Source of the DNA: an uncultured Desulfatitalea sp.
GTDB taxonomy: Bacteria; Desulfobacterota; Desulfobacteria; Desulfobacterales; Desulfosarcinaceae
Length of the DNA: 64,000 bases
NCBI GenBank assembly: GCA_963668675.2
Contig: CAXXMB010000002.1
Span: 3,040,001 to 3,104,000 of the forward strand
Reading direction: 5' to 3'
The stretch's first letter is position 1. Each line of letters opens with the position of its first letter. The notes under the pieces were generated by a model. It was not told the DNA's origin. It worked only from the letters and a program-made list of their open reading frames with translations, and ran no database searches. Both the position numbers and the translations under genes were made by a program. Of the stretch, positions 31,326-41,245 are shown one piece after another.

Positions 31326-33314
31326 ATGTGCGGAATTGCCGGCATTATCAATCTGAGGGATCAAGAAGCGCAGGAAGCCATCCTCAACCGCATGTTGCGC
31401 ACCATGCAGCACCGGGGGCCGGACGCCACCGGTCTCTACCTGAGCGACGATATCGGTTTGGGGCATGCACGCTTGAGTATCATCGATTTGAGTGGTGGAT
31501 ACCAGCCGATCCACAATGAAGATCGAACCGTTTGGGTGATCTTCAACGGCGAAATCTTCAACTATCCTGAATTGCGGGAAGATCTTCTCAAGCGGGGACA
31601 CCGCTTCTACACCCAGAGCGATACGGAGACCATCGTCCATCTATACGAAGCGTATGGCGAGGGGCTCTTCGACCATCTTAACGGCCAGTTCGCCATCGCC
31701 CTTTGGGACCAGCGCAAGAGGGTGTTGCTGCTGGGACGGGACCGGATGGGGATTCGGCCGCTTTTTTATCATCAGCACAACGGGCGTCTGCTCTTCGCCT
31801 CTGAAATCAAAGCGCTTCTGGCCGACGACAGGACACCCCGCCGTCTCAACCCCCAGACCCTATCGGACGTGTTTACCTGCTGGACACCGGTTGACCCCTT
31901 CACCGCTTTTGAAGAGATCTACCAGCTTCCTCCCGGACACTACGCGCGGTTTGACGTCAACGGACTCGATATTCGGCGCTACTGGCAACTCACCTTCGAC
32001 GATGCCGATCCCGATGAACGATCCAAAGATGAGTGGGCCGAAGAGATGAAAGCGTTGTTACTGGATGCCGCCCGCATCCGTCTGCGGGCCGATGTACCGG
32101 TGGGCGCTTATCTCAGCGGGGGGATCGATTCCACCTACATCAGCACCCTGGTGCGCAACAACTTCAACAACAAGCTCAATACGTTCTCGGTGCAGTTCAC
32201 CGATGAGCGGTTTGACGAGTCGAAGTTTCAGCAGACGGCCTTGTCGGCCATCCAGACCCAGCATCGCGCCATCCAGTGTTCGGACGAAGATATCGGCAAC
32301 CTTTTCCCCCAGGTGATCTGGCACACTGAAGTGCCTATGATCCGAACCGCACCGGCGCCGTTGATGATGCTCTCCGGGCTGGTGCGCCGCAGCGATTTCA
32401 AGGTGGTGCTGACCGGTGAAGGGGCCGATGAGATTTTCGGTGGCTACAATATTTTCAAGGAGGCCAAGATCAGGCGTTTCTGGGCGCGGCATCCCGATTC
32501 GATCTTTCGACCACACCTGTTGAGGAGAATCTATCCTTATATTTTCAACAGTGAGACCGGACAGATCAACGCTTTTCTCTTCGGCTTTTTCAAGAAGAAT
32601 TTGACCGATGTCGACTCCCCGGTTTACTCCCATATGGTCCGCTGGCTCAACACCAGCCAGCTGAAGAACTTCTTTGCCCCCGATATGCTTCCCGCCGGTG
32701 GAAAGGATCTTTCGACGTTCGTCGGCCGTATCACCGATAAACTGCCGCCCGGTTTCGACGATTGGTCCCCCCTATCCAAAGCACAGTACCTGGAGAGCAC
32801 CCTCTTCTTGTCCAACTACCTGCTCTCCTCCCAGGGCGACCGCATGGCCATGGCCAACTCGGTGGAAGGGCGTTTTCCCTTCCTGGATCACCGCGTGGTG
32901 GAGCTGGCGGCTCGCACACCTGCCAATTTGCGGCTCAATGGCTTGACCGAGAAGTATCTGTTGAAGGAGATCGCCCGGCAGCAGGTTCCGGCTGAATTGA
33001 TCGACCGGGCCAAACAGCCCTACCGGGCACCGATCAGCCGGTGCTTCATGTGTGCCGACCCGCCCGAGTATGTGCCCGAACTGCTTTCGGAAGCCGCGTT
33101 GAAGCGGTCGGGCTACTTCGATCCGGTGAAGGTGCAGCGGCTCACGGCCAAGTGTCGGCAGCAGGATGGACGCCTGGCCAGTGAAAGGGAGAATATGGCA
33201 CTGGTGGCCATCTTATCGACCCAACTGCTCGATCGCCAGTTTATACAAGGATTTCCGGCCTATTCGGATGAGCCGTTGTCCCACACCGTGGTCGAGCGGC
33301 AGACATCCATATAG
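31326..33314 (+). CDS. asnB: Asparagine synthase (glutamine-hydrolysing) family amidotransferase
   Basis: MCGIAG, HRGPD, RLSIID, FNGEIFN, LSGGIDS, TGEGADEIFGGY, DRMAMANSVEGRFPFLD. Confidence 0.93.
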   Translation: MCGIAGIINLRDQEAQEAILNRMLRTMQHRGPDATGLYLSDDIGLGHARLSIIDLSGGYQPIHNEDRTVWVIFNGEIFNYPELREDLLKRGHRFYTQSDTETIVHLYEAYGEGLFDHLNGQFAIALWDQRKRVLLLGRDRMGIRPLFYHQHNGRLLFASEIKALLADDRTPRRLNPQTLSDVFTCWTPVDPFTAFEEIYQLPPGHYARFDVNGLDIRRYWQLTFDDADPDERSKDEWAEEMKALLLDAARIRLRADVPVGAYLSGGIDSTYISTLVRNNFNNKLNTFSVQFTDERFDESKFQQTALSAIQTQHRAIQCSDEDIGNLFPQVIWHTEVPMIRTAPAPLMMLSGLVRRSDFKVVLTGEGADEIFGGYNIFKEAKIRRFWARHPDSIFRPHLLRRIYPYIFNSETGQINAFLFGFFKKNLTDVDSPVYSHMVRWLNTSQLKNFFAPDMLPAGGKDLSTFVGRITDKLPPGFDDWSPLSKAQYLESTLFLSNYLLSSQGDRMAMANSVEGRFPFLDHRVVELAARTPANLRLNGLTEKYLLKEIARQQVPAELIDRAKQPYRAPISRCFMCADPPEYVPELLSEAALKRSGYFDPVKVQRLTAKCRQQDGRLASERENMALVAILSTQLLDRQFIQGFPAYSDEPLSHTVVERQTSI

Positions 33315-33370
33315 GGGAGTGGAGGCTGTGCAGCGATATTCAAACGTCTCTCCTTCTGCTGATCGGGTCT

Positions 33371-34417
33371 ATGAGACTACCACCGCCTAAAATGAGACTC
33401 ATCTTCGGACTTCTCCTCTTCTGTTGTGCCTACTGGGTATTGGACAGCATCTGGTCGTTCTGGTCTTTCGAGATGAATCTGAGTTATCTGCTCTCTGGAG
33501 AGCCGATGACCTATATCGATACGCTGTTGCTCAGGGTGCCACCGTATCAGGCGGCGTCCCGCATCATGGTCGTTGTCATCTTCATTGCCAGCACCACCTT
33601 CATTGCCTCCGCTCTTCACAAGCAGAAACGGATCGAGGAGGAGAACCGCCGTCTGGAGATTCAACTTCAGCAGGTTCAGAAGATGGAGGCCATCGGCACC
33701 CTGGCCGGCGGCATCGCCCACGATTTCAACAATATATTGTATGGCGCCATAGGGTTTACCGAATTGTGCCTTGATGATGTGCCATCAGACACACTGGTGC
33801 ACGAAAATCTGAGTGAAGTTCTGGCCAGTCTATTGCGGGCCAAGGAGCTGGTGCGTCAGATTTTGACGTTCAGCAGGGCCTCGGAAGTAAAGCAGCAACC
33901 GGTGCAAATCGCTGCGATTCTTTCTGAGGTGTCAAAACTGTTGCGGTCGACCCTGCCTTCTACCATCAGGATCGAGGTGGATATTCGCACCAAAGAGAGT
34001 ACCATCCTGGGAGACCCGACCCAGATTCATCAGGTCCTGATGAACCTTTCCACCAACGCCGCCCACGCCATGGAGGAGAGGGGCGGTACCCTGCGATTCA
34101 GCCTTGATGAGGTCCAGATGGGTGCCGCCGAGGCGATCTTTCTGAAGTTGTCGGATCTGGACAGGGGCGCCTATGTCCAGCTTGTTGTCAGCGACACCGG
34201 CATCGGCATACCACCTGAACACCTGGCGCGCATCTTCGATCCATTCTTCACTTCCAAGGAGATAGGGAAAGGGACGGGGATGGGGCTGGCGGTGGTCCAT
34301 GGCATCGTCCACTCTCACAAGGGGCGCATCCGCGTGAAGAGCACGGAGGGGATCGGCACCACATTCAAGATCTATTTCCCAAAGTATACCCAAAACGACC
34401 CCCTGGCCGCTGTTTGA
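33371..34417 (+). CDS. Membrane sensor histidine kinase (no receiver domain)
   Basis: Two TMs; QKMEAIGTLAGGIAHDFNN; NLSTNA; DTGIG; FDPFFTSK; GTGMGL. Confidence 0.92.
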   Translation: MRLPPPKMRLIFGLLLFCCAYWVLDSIWSFWSFEMNLSYLLSGEPMTYIDTLLLRVPPYQAASRIMVVVIFIASTTFIASALHKQKRIEEENRRLEIQLQQVQKMEAIGTLAGGIAHDFNNILYGAIGFTELCLDDVPSDTLVHENLSEVLASLLRAKELVRQILTFSRASEVKQQPVQIAAILSEVSKLLRSTLPSTIRIEVDIRTKESTILGDPTQIHQVLMNLSTNAAHAMEERGGTLRFSLDEVQMGAAEAIFLKLSDLDRGAYVQLVVSDTGIGIPPEHLARIFDPFFTSKEIGKGTGMGLAVVHGIVHSHKGRIRVKSTEGIGTTFKIYFPKYTQNDPLAAV

Positions 34418-34573
34418 CTTTTGGGTGCTTTTGGTCTTTAGTGGCTCAATGTAACCATTTGTTTTTCTGATATTTTGATTCATAATTATGGGTGACGCCT
34501 GCCGTGCCCGCCCAGGCCGTCGAATCCGTGGGGGCAGGCCGCTAGGCTGGGAGAAAGGTAGGGCCGGAGATAG

Positions 34574-35860
34574 ATGCCCCTTTTTCTGTCCAATGCAGCG
34601 CTCAACGCATTTTCTCTTTTATGGCAATTGGTGTTTCATGAGCCCCCTCCCAGCGGGCTCTTGAGACATCTGGATCGTTTCCTGGCGTTTGGCACGGGGA
34701 TGGTGGCCGCCAAATTTCTCTCGGTGATTGCCCAGATTGTGATCGGCAGGGTTCTTGGCCAGGCCGGCTACGGTCAATTGACCATCGTGCTGCTGCTGGC
34801 CGGCTACCTGGCTGTTCCGATCACCGGCGGATGGGGACTCGCCTTTACCCGTATCGTCGCCAATGAAACCGAAACGGACCGGCGATTGGCAGCACTCAAC
34901 TCGCTGCTGCTGGTGGCGTTGCTGATGTGCCTTTTGGTCTGCGGATTTTTTCTGGGTCTGCGCAGCTACTTAGGCGACTGGATCGGCATCGGGGGCCGGC
35001 TCATCGATGCGACCCTCATCATGGGTTTGCTCTATGCCTGGTGGAGCCTTTCCAAGCAGATTGCCCAGGGTTTTCAGGCCTGGCGGACCTATGTGGCTGT
35101 GGAGGCGGCCCTCTCCGTCATCCTGCTTGCGGCGCTCTTAGCATTTATCCTGGCGGGTCACGTGGATCTCTATGGGGTCGTTGTCCTCTTCTGGATCGCA
35201 TACGGTCTGGCCGGATTTGGGGCAATCCGGTATCTGGTCGGCGCCATCAAGCTCGGTGTAGTCCGCACCTATGTAAAACCGATCGTTCGCCACGGCGGTT
35301 TTATGCTTCTCAGTGGTCTGGTGACCGTATCGACCTACAGCATGGATCGCATCATCATCCAAAAATCCCTCGGGCCGGAGAGTGTCGGTCTCTACCAGGC
35401 CCACTTTCTGGCCACCTTTGGTGTCGTCAGCGCTTTAATAACAATTTTGATCACCTATCTGTTCCCCCTCTTCTGTCGTGACGATAACGGCCATCTGCAT
35501 CGTAATCTGGGACGCTTGAGTCTGCTGCAGTATCCCGTCACCATACTTCTCTCCGCCGCAGTGGGACGGGGGGTGCTCTGGCTCTATGGCTATCCGCTCT
35601 GCCTGCCGCTGCTGGTCTGCCTCACCCTGTTCGGTGCAGTGCAGTTCCATGTGCAGATGAAGGCCTGGTACCTCTCCAGCAAAGGGGCCAACACCGCTCT
35701 TATCGCACTCGGTTCCCAATTGACCTTCCTGATTCTCAACGCTATGATACTGGTCGTCCTCGTAGACCGCCTGGGCATCATTTCCGGGGGCATCGCCCTC
35801 CTGGCGGCGGCGTTGGGCTCATTGCTCTATCTCATTTGTTCGAAATCTTCTATTCGCTGA
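34574..35860 (+). CDS. Oligosaccharide flippase (Wzx/MATE-like)
   Basis: About 12 TMs; RVLGQAGYG; MDRIIIQKSLGPESVGLYQA. Confidence 0.8.
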   Translation: MPLFLSNAALNAFSLLWQLVFHEPPPSGLLRHLDRFLAFGTGMVAAKFLSVIAQIVIGRVLGQAGYGQLTIVLLLAGYLAVPITGGWGLAFTRIVANETETDRRLAALNSLLLVALLMCLLVCGFFLGLRSYLGDWIGIGGRLIDATLIMGLLYAWWSLSKQIAQGFQAWRTYVAVEAALSVILLAALLAFILAGHVDLYGVVVLFWIAYGLAGFGAIRYLVGAIKLGVVRTYVKPIVRHGGFMLLSGLVTVSTYSMDRIIIQKSLGPESVGLYQAHFLATFGVVSALITILITYLFPLFCRDDNGHLHRNLGRLSLLQYPVTILLSAAVGRGVLWLYGYPLCLPLLVCLTLFGAVQFHVQMKAWYLSSKGANTALIALGSQLTFLILNAMILVVLVDRLGIISGGIALLAAALGSLLYLICSKSSIR

Positions 35861-35878
35861 CAAGAGGAGACGGGTCCC

Positions 35879-37489
35879 ATGATTGATCGAAGCAGACGTA
35901 TTGAACGCCAGTTGGTACCGCTGGAGCAGTTACCTGCCCTGAAGGGCAAACAGATCGTTTTTGAGAGCATCTCCGAGATGCTGGTGGCGCGTGCCGGCGA
36001 AGTGCCGGACGCCCCCTTGGTCTATTACTACGATGAGGTCGTGACGTATGCCCAGACCAACCGGCGGGCCAACCGGGTGGCCAATTTCCTCAAAGAGAAA
36101 GGGGTCTCTAAAGGCGATATCGTCTCCACCATGGTGCTCAACTCCCCGGAGATTTTTTACACCATGTTCGGTACCCAGAAGCTGGGCGCCGTGGCCGGGG
36201 CCATCAATTACATGCTCAAAGGCCCGGAGATCGCCTATGTGCTCGATGATTCGAAACCCAAGGTGGTCTTTGTGGGCAGCGACTACATGGCCGATTTTGC
36301 GGTGGGCATCGGCATGGCCGAGCACAAACCATTGGTTGTCGAGGTGGTGACCGATGTCGAGCACCATGCCGACATTGCCGAGTGTACGTTGGAAGAGATC
36401 CTCGACCGCTATCCGACGGACGAGTGCGTTGTACCCCAGTCGCTCGACGACCCCGTCATGCTGCTCTACTCGTCGGGCACCACCGGCATGCCCAAGGGAA
36501 TCCTGCTCTCCAACCGCAACGAACTCGCCGTCTGCAAGGGGAAGGCGGTGCTTGGCGTCAGCAAGCCAGGGGACGTGATGATGATCATTCTCCCCATGTT
36601 TCACACCAACCCGCTTTGCGTCTGGACCTATCCCTCGATCTTTTTGGGGTTGGCCCTCTGTATTCGTAGAACCTTTTCCCCTAGTGACTTCTGGCCGTCG
36701 ATCATGCGCTACGGTGTCACCACGGTGCAGGGGGTGCCGGCCATGTATGACTACATCTACCGTGAGGCCGACCCCGAGACCATCGACCATGGCCGGCTGA
36801 AGCTCAGGCTGGCCTACACAGGAGCGGCACCGGTTCCCGTCAGTTTGGTCAAAGCCTTCAAGGAGAAGTTTAACGTCGATGTGATCGACGGCTACGGCCT
36901 GACCGAGGGGTGCGGCGTCTCCGTTACCAGTACCACCGTGCCGCACAAGCAGGGGAGTATCGGTATTCCCTTCCCCGGATTGCAGATCGAGATCATGGAT
37001 GGCGATAATACCATACTCCCCTACGGGGAAAAGGGAGAGATATGCGTCCGGGGCGATGCGGTCATGATCGGCTATCTCAACAGACCCGACGCTTCAGCTG
37101 AAAGTCTCAAGGAGGGTTGGCTGCATACCGGCGATGTAGGCTACATGGACGAAGAGGGGTATCTTTTCATCTCGGGCCGTATCAAGGAGATGATCAACCG
37201 CGGCGGAGAGAATATCTACCCGCGTGAGATCGAGATCCCGCTGGAGAAGCACCCCAAGATCGCTGAAGTGGCCGTGGTGGGGATGCCCGATCCGGCCTTG
37301 GGCGAGCGGGTGAGGGCGTGCATCGTTCTCAATGAGCCCAACAGCATGACCGAAGATGAGGTGAAGGGCTATCTTCGGGACAAACTGGCCAAATACAAAA
37401 TTCCCGAGAAGGTCGACTTCATGGCGGATTTTCCCCACAATCCGACAGGCAAGATTTTAAAACACCAATTGAAGACGATGGAGAAATGA
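35879..37489 (+). CDS. AMP-dependent acyl-CoA synthetase
   Basis: YSSGTTGMPKG, GYGLTE, WLHTGD, GRIKEMINRGGENIYP, NPTGKI. Confidence 0.95.
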   Translation: MIDRSRRIERQLVPLEQLPALKGKQIVFESISEMLVARAGEVPDAPLVYYYDEVVTYAQTNRRANRVANFLKEKGVSKGDIVSTMVLNSPEIFYTMFGTQKLGAVAGAINYMLKGPEIAYVLDDSKPKVVFVGSDYMADFAVGIGMAEHKPLVVEVVTDVEHHADIAECTLEEILDRYPTDECVVPQSLDDPVMLLYSSGTTGMPKGILLSNRNELAVCKGKAVLGVSKPGDVMMIILPMFHTNPLCVWTYPSIFLGLALCIRRTFSPSDFWPSIMRYGVTTVQGVPAMYDYIYREADPETIDHGRLKLRLAYTGAAPVPVSLVKAFKEKFNVDVIDGYGLTEGCGVSVTSTTVPHKQGSIGIPFPGLQIEIMDGDNTILPYGEKGEICVRGDAVMIGYLNRPDASAESLKEGWLHTGDVGYMDEEGYLFISGRIKEMINRGGENIYPREIEIPLEKHPKIAEVAVVGMPDPALGERVRACIVLNEPNSMTEDEVKGYLRDKLAKYKIPEKVDFMADFPHNPTGKILKHQLKTMEK

Positions 37490-37519
37490 TCGGATATCCA
37501 TCGTCTGTATGGAGGGGAT

Positions 37520-38062
37520 GTGAGAACATTCGACCCGTTCAGCGACCGCACTGCCCGTGATCTTCGTAACGCTCTCAGTTCGGCCCTGGTCGAACAGTTG
37601 ACCGGCAAGGCCTCCGATGCCGTCGCCCATGAGGCAGACCAGTGGAGGGGCAGAGACCTGGCACCGCTCTATACGGCGTTCATGGACCATTGCCAAAAAT
37701 CCTATCAAACGGTACTGGACGAAGTAGAGGCCGCCGGTCATACCGACCCGAGGCATCAGGCGGTCGTTTTATGGAACGCAGGCCTCTTTTTCGAGCTGCA
37801 CGAACTGCTCGAAACCATATGGCTCAAGGCTAAGGAGCCCGAACGCACGGCGCTTAAAGGGTTGATCCAGGCAGCCGGGGCTTTTGTGCACCACCTGCGC
37901 GGAAAGCCCAAGGCGGCTGGCGGATTGGCCCTCCGGGCCCGCCGGCACCTGAGGGAAGGGGCTGCCGCCCTCGGATACATCGCCAACCTGGATCGCTTGA
38001 TCGACGATCTCTTAGACCTGCCCGATCAACCCCCTCTGTTGACCCTCGATCCTCTCCTTTGA
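37520..38062 (+). CDS. DUF309-domain protein
   Basis: LWNAGLFFELHELLETIW..LKGLIQAAGAFVH. Confidence 0.85.
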   Translation: MRTFDPFSDRTARDLRNALSSALVEQLTGKASDAVAHEADQWRGRDLAPLYTAFMDHCQKSYQTVLDEVEAAGHTDPRHQAVVLWNAGLFFELHELLETIWLKAKEPERTALKGLIQAAGAFVHHLRGKPKAAGGLALRARRHLREGAAALGYIANLDRLIDDLLDLPDQPPLLTLDPLL

Positions 38063-38117
38063 CGTGGGTTTGCGGTGGCTGATACGATAGGTCAAAACAT
38101 TGATAGGGAGGTGCAGT

Positions 38118-38333
38118 ATGACAGACCGGGTGATCATTTATGGAAAGGCCGGGTGACCCTACACATCCCAGGCCCGTGAGGCATTCAAAGAGCACGACTA
38201 TGTCGATGTGCGGCAAGACTCGAGTAATATGGAGAAAATGCTCGAGGTCTCCAAGGGACAGCGCAAGGTCCCGGTAATCGTCCAGGGCACCGAGGTGACC
38301 ATCGGATTCAAAGGCGGCTCCTGAGGGGTTTAA
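38118..38333 (+). CDS. Glutaredoxin-like selenoprotein with two in-frame UGA (UXX-star type)
   Basis: GGGAGG RBS; MTDRVIIYGKAG-U-PYTSQAREAF...RKVPVIV..VTIGFKGGS-U-GV-TAA; TGA at 38154 and 38322. Confidence 0.88.
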
Positions 38334-38890
38334 GGTCGACCAGGTTGGTCGACATTGGGTTTGCGACGGATCTGGCGGTTGCGAAAGGGGAACTCGCCCT
38401 TTGCGCGGTCGCTGAAATAGCACCGCAGTGTCTTTTCGATGGCGCGGAACGCGATGGCGTCCCAGGGGATCTCATCTTCCGAGAAGAGGGCCACTTCGGA
38501 ACTTTCATGGGTGGGATGAAACCGGGGTGCTTCCATCCGGGCTATGAACATCAGGTATATCTGGCCGATGTAAACGATATCGAGCATCAGATAGGTGTGC
38601 AGATCGGTCACCGTGGCGCCGGACTCCTCGAGGGTTTCGCGTATGGCACCCTCTTTGACCGTTTCTCCTTTTTCGAGGTAGCCGGCCGGCAGGGTCCACA
38701 ACCCCTTTTGGGGTTCGATGTCCCTGCGGCAGAGCATGATCTTCTCTTCCCATTCGGGAATGCAGCCCACCACCATCTTGGGGTTTTCATAATGGATGCG
38801 GCCGCAAGCATCACATCCATATCGTTTCCGGTCATCCCCTTCGGGGATCCTCAATGTGACCGGAGCACCGCAATTTGAGCAGAAGTTCAT
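38330..38890 (-). CDS. NUDIX hydrolase with N-terminal zinc ribbon
   Basis: MNFCSNCG..CDACG..YENPK; Nudix box GYLEKGETVKEGAIRETLEESG. Confidence 0.93.
   Translation of the reverse strand: MNFCSNCGAPVTLRIPEGDDRKRYGCDACGRIHYENPKMVVGCIPEWEEKIMLCRRDIEPQKGLWTLPAGYLEKGETVKEGAIRETLEESGATVTDLHTYLMLDIVYIGQIYLMFIARMEAPRFHPTHESSEVALFSEDEIPWDAIAFRAIEKTLRCYFSDRAKGEFPFRNRQIRRKPNVDQPGRP
38335..38353 (+). promoter_or_regulatory. Bacterial SECIS-like hairpin for the second UGA
   Basis: GTCGACCA-GGT-TGGTCGAC perfect stem beginning 10 nt after TGA 38322-38324. Confidence 0.7.
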
Positions 38891-38893
38891 CGA

Positions 38894-39580
38894 TTATATC
38901 TCCATGCGCGTAATAGAAATCTTACCGCCGAAGCAGATATCGACATCACTGCCCGCGGTTCGTGGCCGGTCGTGGATGATCCCTTCGTAGTGGTAGTTGT
39001 CACCCTCTTTACGGAATTGGTACTTGTGCGGATGCTTGTCCAGGGGGCCGAATTGGTAGTCGACTCGGCAACCGGCAACAAGGGTACTCGGCAGATTGAT
39101 GTTCCAGAATTGGCCCGGCGCCAGCCTCTCTTTGAGGAGCATCGGGAGGATTATAGCGACCTGTTCTCCTGTGGCTTGCCAGTCCAGGACCCGATCAGGG
39201 CCGATGTACTGGGAGACGGCAACTGCCTTGACGCCCAGAATGGCAGCCTCCCTGGCGGCGGCAATGGTGCCGGACTGGTAGGCATCAGAGCCCAGATTTG
39301 CCCCCGGATTGATGCCGGCCAGGACCCAGTCCACATCGGGCACCAGTGATTTGACGGCAAGCCGGGTGCAATCGGCGGGTGCACCGTGAACGACGAAATG
39401 GTCCTTTTCGCTGCCGCGGATCACCTGGATGGGCGTCTTCATGGTGACCTGGTGGCCTATGCCGGACTGTGGGGCATGTGGGGCAACGACCGTCACCCGG
39501 CCAATCGGCTGGACCAGCTCGGCGAGCGTGGTCAGTCCCGGCGCTCCGTATCCGTCGTCATTGGTGATGACAAACCGCAA
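38894..39580 (-). CDS. surE: 5'/3'-nucleotidase SurE family
   Basis: ITNDDGYGAPG, VAPHAPQSG, GAPADC, GINPGANLG..SGTIAAA. Confidence 0.92.
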   Translation of the reverse strand: MRFVITNDDGYGAPGLTTLAELVQPIGRVTVVAPHAPQSGIGHQVTMKTPIQVIRGSEKDHFVVHGAPADCTRLAVKSLVPDVDWVLAGINPGANLGSDAYQSGTIAAAREAAILGVKAVAVSQYIGPDRVLDWQATGEQVAIILPMLLKERLAPGQFWNINLPSTLVAGCRVDYQFGPLDKHPHKYQFRKEGDNYHYEGIIHDRPRTAGSDVDICFGGKISITRMEI

Positions 39581-39867
39581 TGTGCGTCCCCCATCCTTCT
39601 CTATCGAAACCGTCCCTGCCCCTGCAACGTGCGCTTGGCAAAAGAGCTACTTATAGAACAATCGCCGTCAGAAATGCAACCTAGGGTGCCAAGATCTTCT
39701 GAAGTGGAAGGCGCCGGGAAGATGTTGCGAGACCATCTGCCTGAATTGCGCTTGACGAAGGTGGCAGTAAATAGGATGATGAGGCGGTTTTTTTCTCTGT
39801 ACGCTAAACGCCTACCTTTTAAACGGACGGGGCATCATCCGATGCCTGCTCCCGGAGATCCAATGTC

Positions 39868-40779
39868 ATGGTTTGGCCCAAGTCGCTTTTTTTTATTTGT
39901 ATTGCGCTGTTTATTGCTTCTGTTGCCGCTGCATCGAATGCCGCCGCTGAGGCCTTCGAACTTACGATAGAGGAGGAGCGGCTATGGGTGTCGGCTGACC
40001 GTGTGCCCCTGCGCGAGCTGCTCTACCGGTTGTCCGACTATGATATCACCATTCGTATCGATCCGACCATCAACCCCGACGTTACGGCTTCATACGAGAA
40101 CAGAGACCTGGAAGACGGGCTCAAATCGATTCTCAGGCCTCTGAATTCTGTCTTCATTTGGCAACCCACGCCAGCCGCGTCTGATCGGCAGGCTGAACCC
40201 CGCTACCGGTTGGCAGCCATTCAGATATTCAAGCCGGGGGAGAAGGACCGCATGGTCGACCTCGACCGGGATGTGGACAATGCTGGCGTGCAGGTTCCGC
40301 AGACGGCCGATGAGGGGGAGAGTCCCGGCGAGACCAGGGTGGTGATCAAGGGGGGCCGAATTTTTGTGCCGGTAGTGCTGGGTAACGGGGGGCGGAAGGT
40401 CGAGACGACCCTGCTGTTCGATACCGGCGCCAGCAGTATCGTGCTGCATCAGAATGTGGCCGACAATCTGGCTGTCGACGAATATGTGCACGCCAAAGGG
40501 CACGGCGTCGGCGGCGTCGAGATCGACGCAAAGGTGTCGCGATTGAACTCCGTGCGTGTCGGCCCATATGAAAAGAAGGATTTGCGCGTGGCCATCGTCG
40601 AATACACAGGGCCACCCGATAATCAATACAACGGCCTGCTGGGCATGAACTTTTTGTGGGGCCTGAAGTATGAGATCGATTATGACAACCAGGTGATCCG
40701 ATGGGGTGGTGCGCCGGCCAAGGTTTTACAAAAGAGCGAGTCTGATCGGTCTCAACCTGAGGATACCATTTCAAAGTAG
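39868..40779 (+). CDS. Exported retropepsin-like aspartyl protease with N-terminal STN-like domain
   Basis: Signal peptide; LLFDTGASS and GLLGMNFL motifs; N-domain ADRVPLRELL..DLEDGLKSIL. Confidence 0.8.
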   Translation: MVWPKSLFFICIALFIASVAAASNAAAEAFELTIEEERLWVSADRVPLRELLYRLSDYDITIRIDPTINPDVTASYENRDLEDGLKSILRPLNSVFIWQPTPAASDRQAEPRYRLAAIQIFKPGEKDRMVDLDRDVDNAGVQVPQTADEGESPGETRVVIKGGRIFVPVVLGNGGRKVETTLLFDTGASSIVLHQNVADNLAVDEYVHAKGHGVGGVEIDAKVSRLNSVRVGPYEKKDLRVAIVEYTGPPDNQYNGLLGMNFLWGLKYEIDYDNQVIRWGGAPAKVLQKSESDRSQPEDTISK

Positions 40780-40872
40780 CAATCAAACGTCCGGGCATCG
40801 ACATCCGGATAGACCACCCACAGGTTTCGCCTTCGTATGTCGATATGGTGTCCCGATAGTTGAGCTCAAATC

Positions 40873-41064
40873 CTAATGGCTATCGACGCCAAACAGTGCC
40901 ATGGTCTCTTTAACGATCTCTATGGCGCATGCCCGATCACCCTCCCAACCCAGGCGCCCCCCATCAACCGAGAAACGAACGCCGCAGTCATATTTGTTGG
41001 CCACACTGTTGAGTATTTTTCGCCAGATTTCTCCATTCCAGGTGGTGGTGTGCGTAACGACCAT
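40873..41064 (-). CDS. Small hypothetical protein (63 aa) under a sigma54 promoter
   Basis: MVVTHTTTWNGEIWRKILNSVANKYDCGVRFSVDGGRLGWEGDRACAIEIVKETMALFGVDSH; GAGG RBS; promoter directly upstream. Confidence 0.7.
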   Translation of the reverse strand: MVVTHTTTWNGEIWRKILNSVANKYDCGVRFSVDGGRLGWEGDRACAIEIVKETMALFGVDSH

Positions 41065-41111
41065 GTTGTTCAACCTCGTTTGTATATGTAATAAATTTGG
41101 TGACTATTAAT

Positions 41112-41245
41112 TCAAACAGTGTGCCAATTATTTTGTTAGGTTTTAATATTTTGTAATTAAAAGAAAAATTAGTTTTGTGGGTTATGATTACAGTTAAGAT
41201 TAAATACAAAAAAGTATTAAATGACATTTTTGGATACAAAATTGT
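41112..41245 (-). promoter_or_regulatory. sigma54 promoter with paired activator boxes
   Basis: Minus strand TGGCAC-ACTGT-TTGA at 41126-41112; ACAAAAAAGT 41206-41215 and ACAAAATTGT 41236-41245. Confidence 0.72.
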
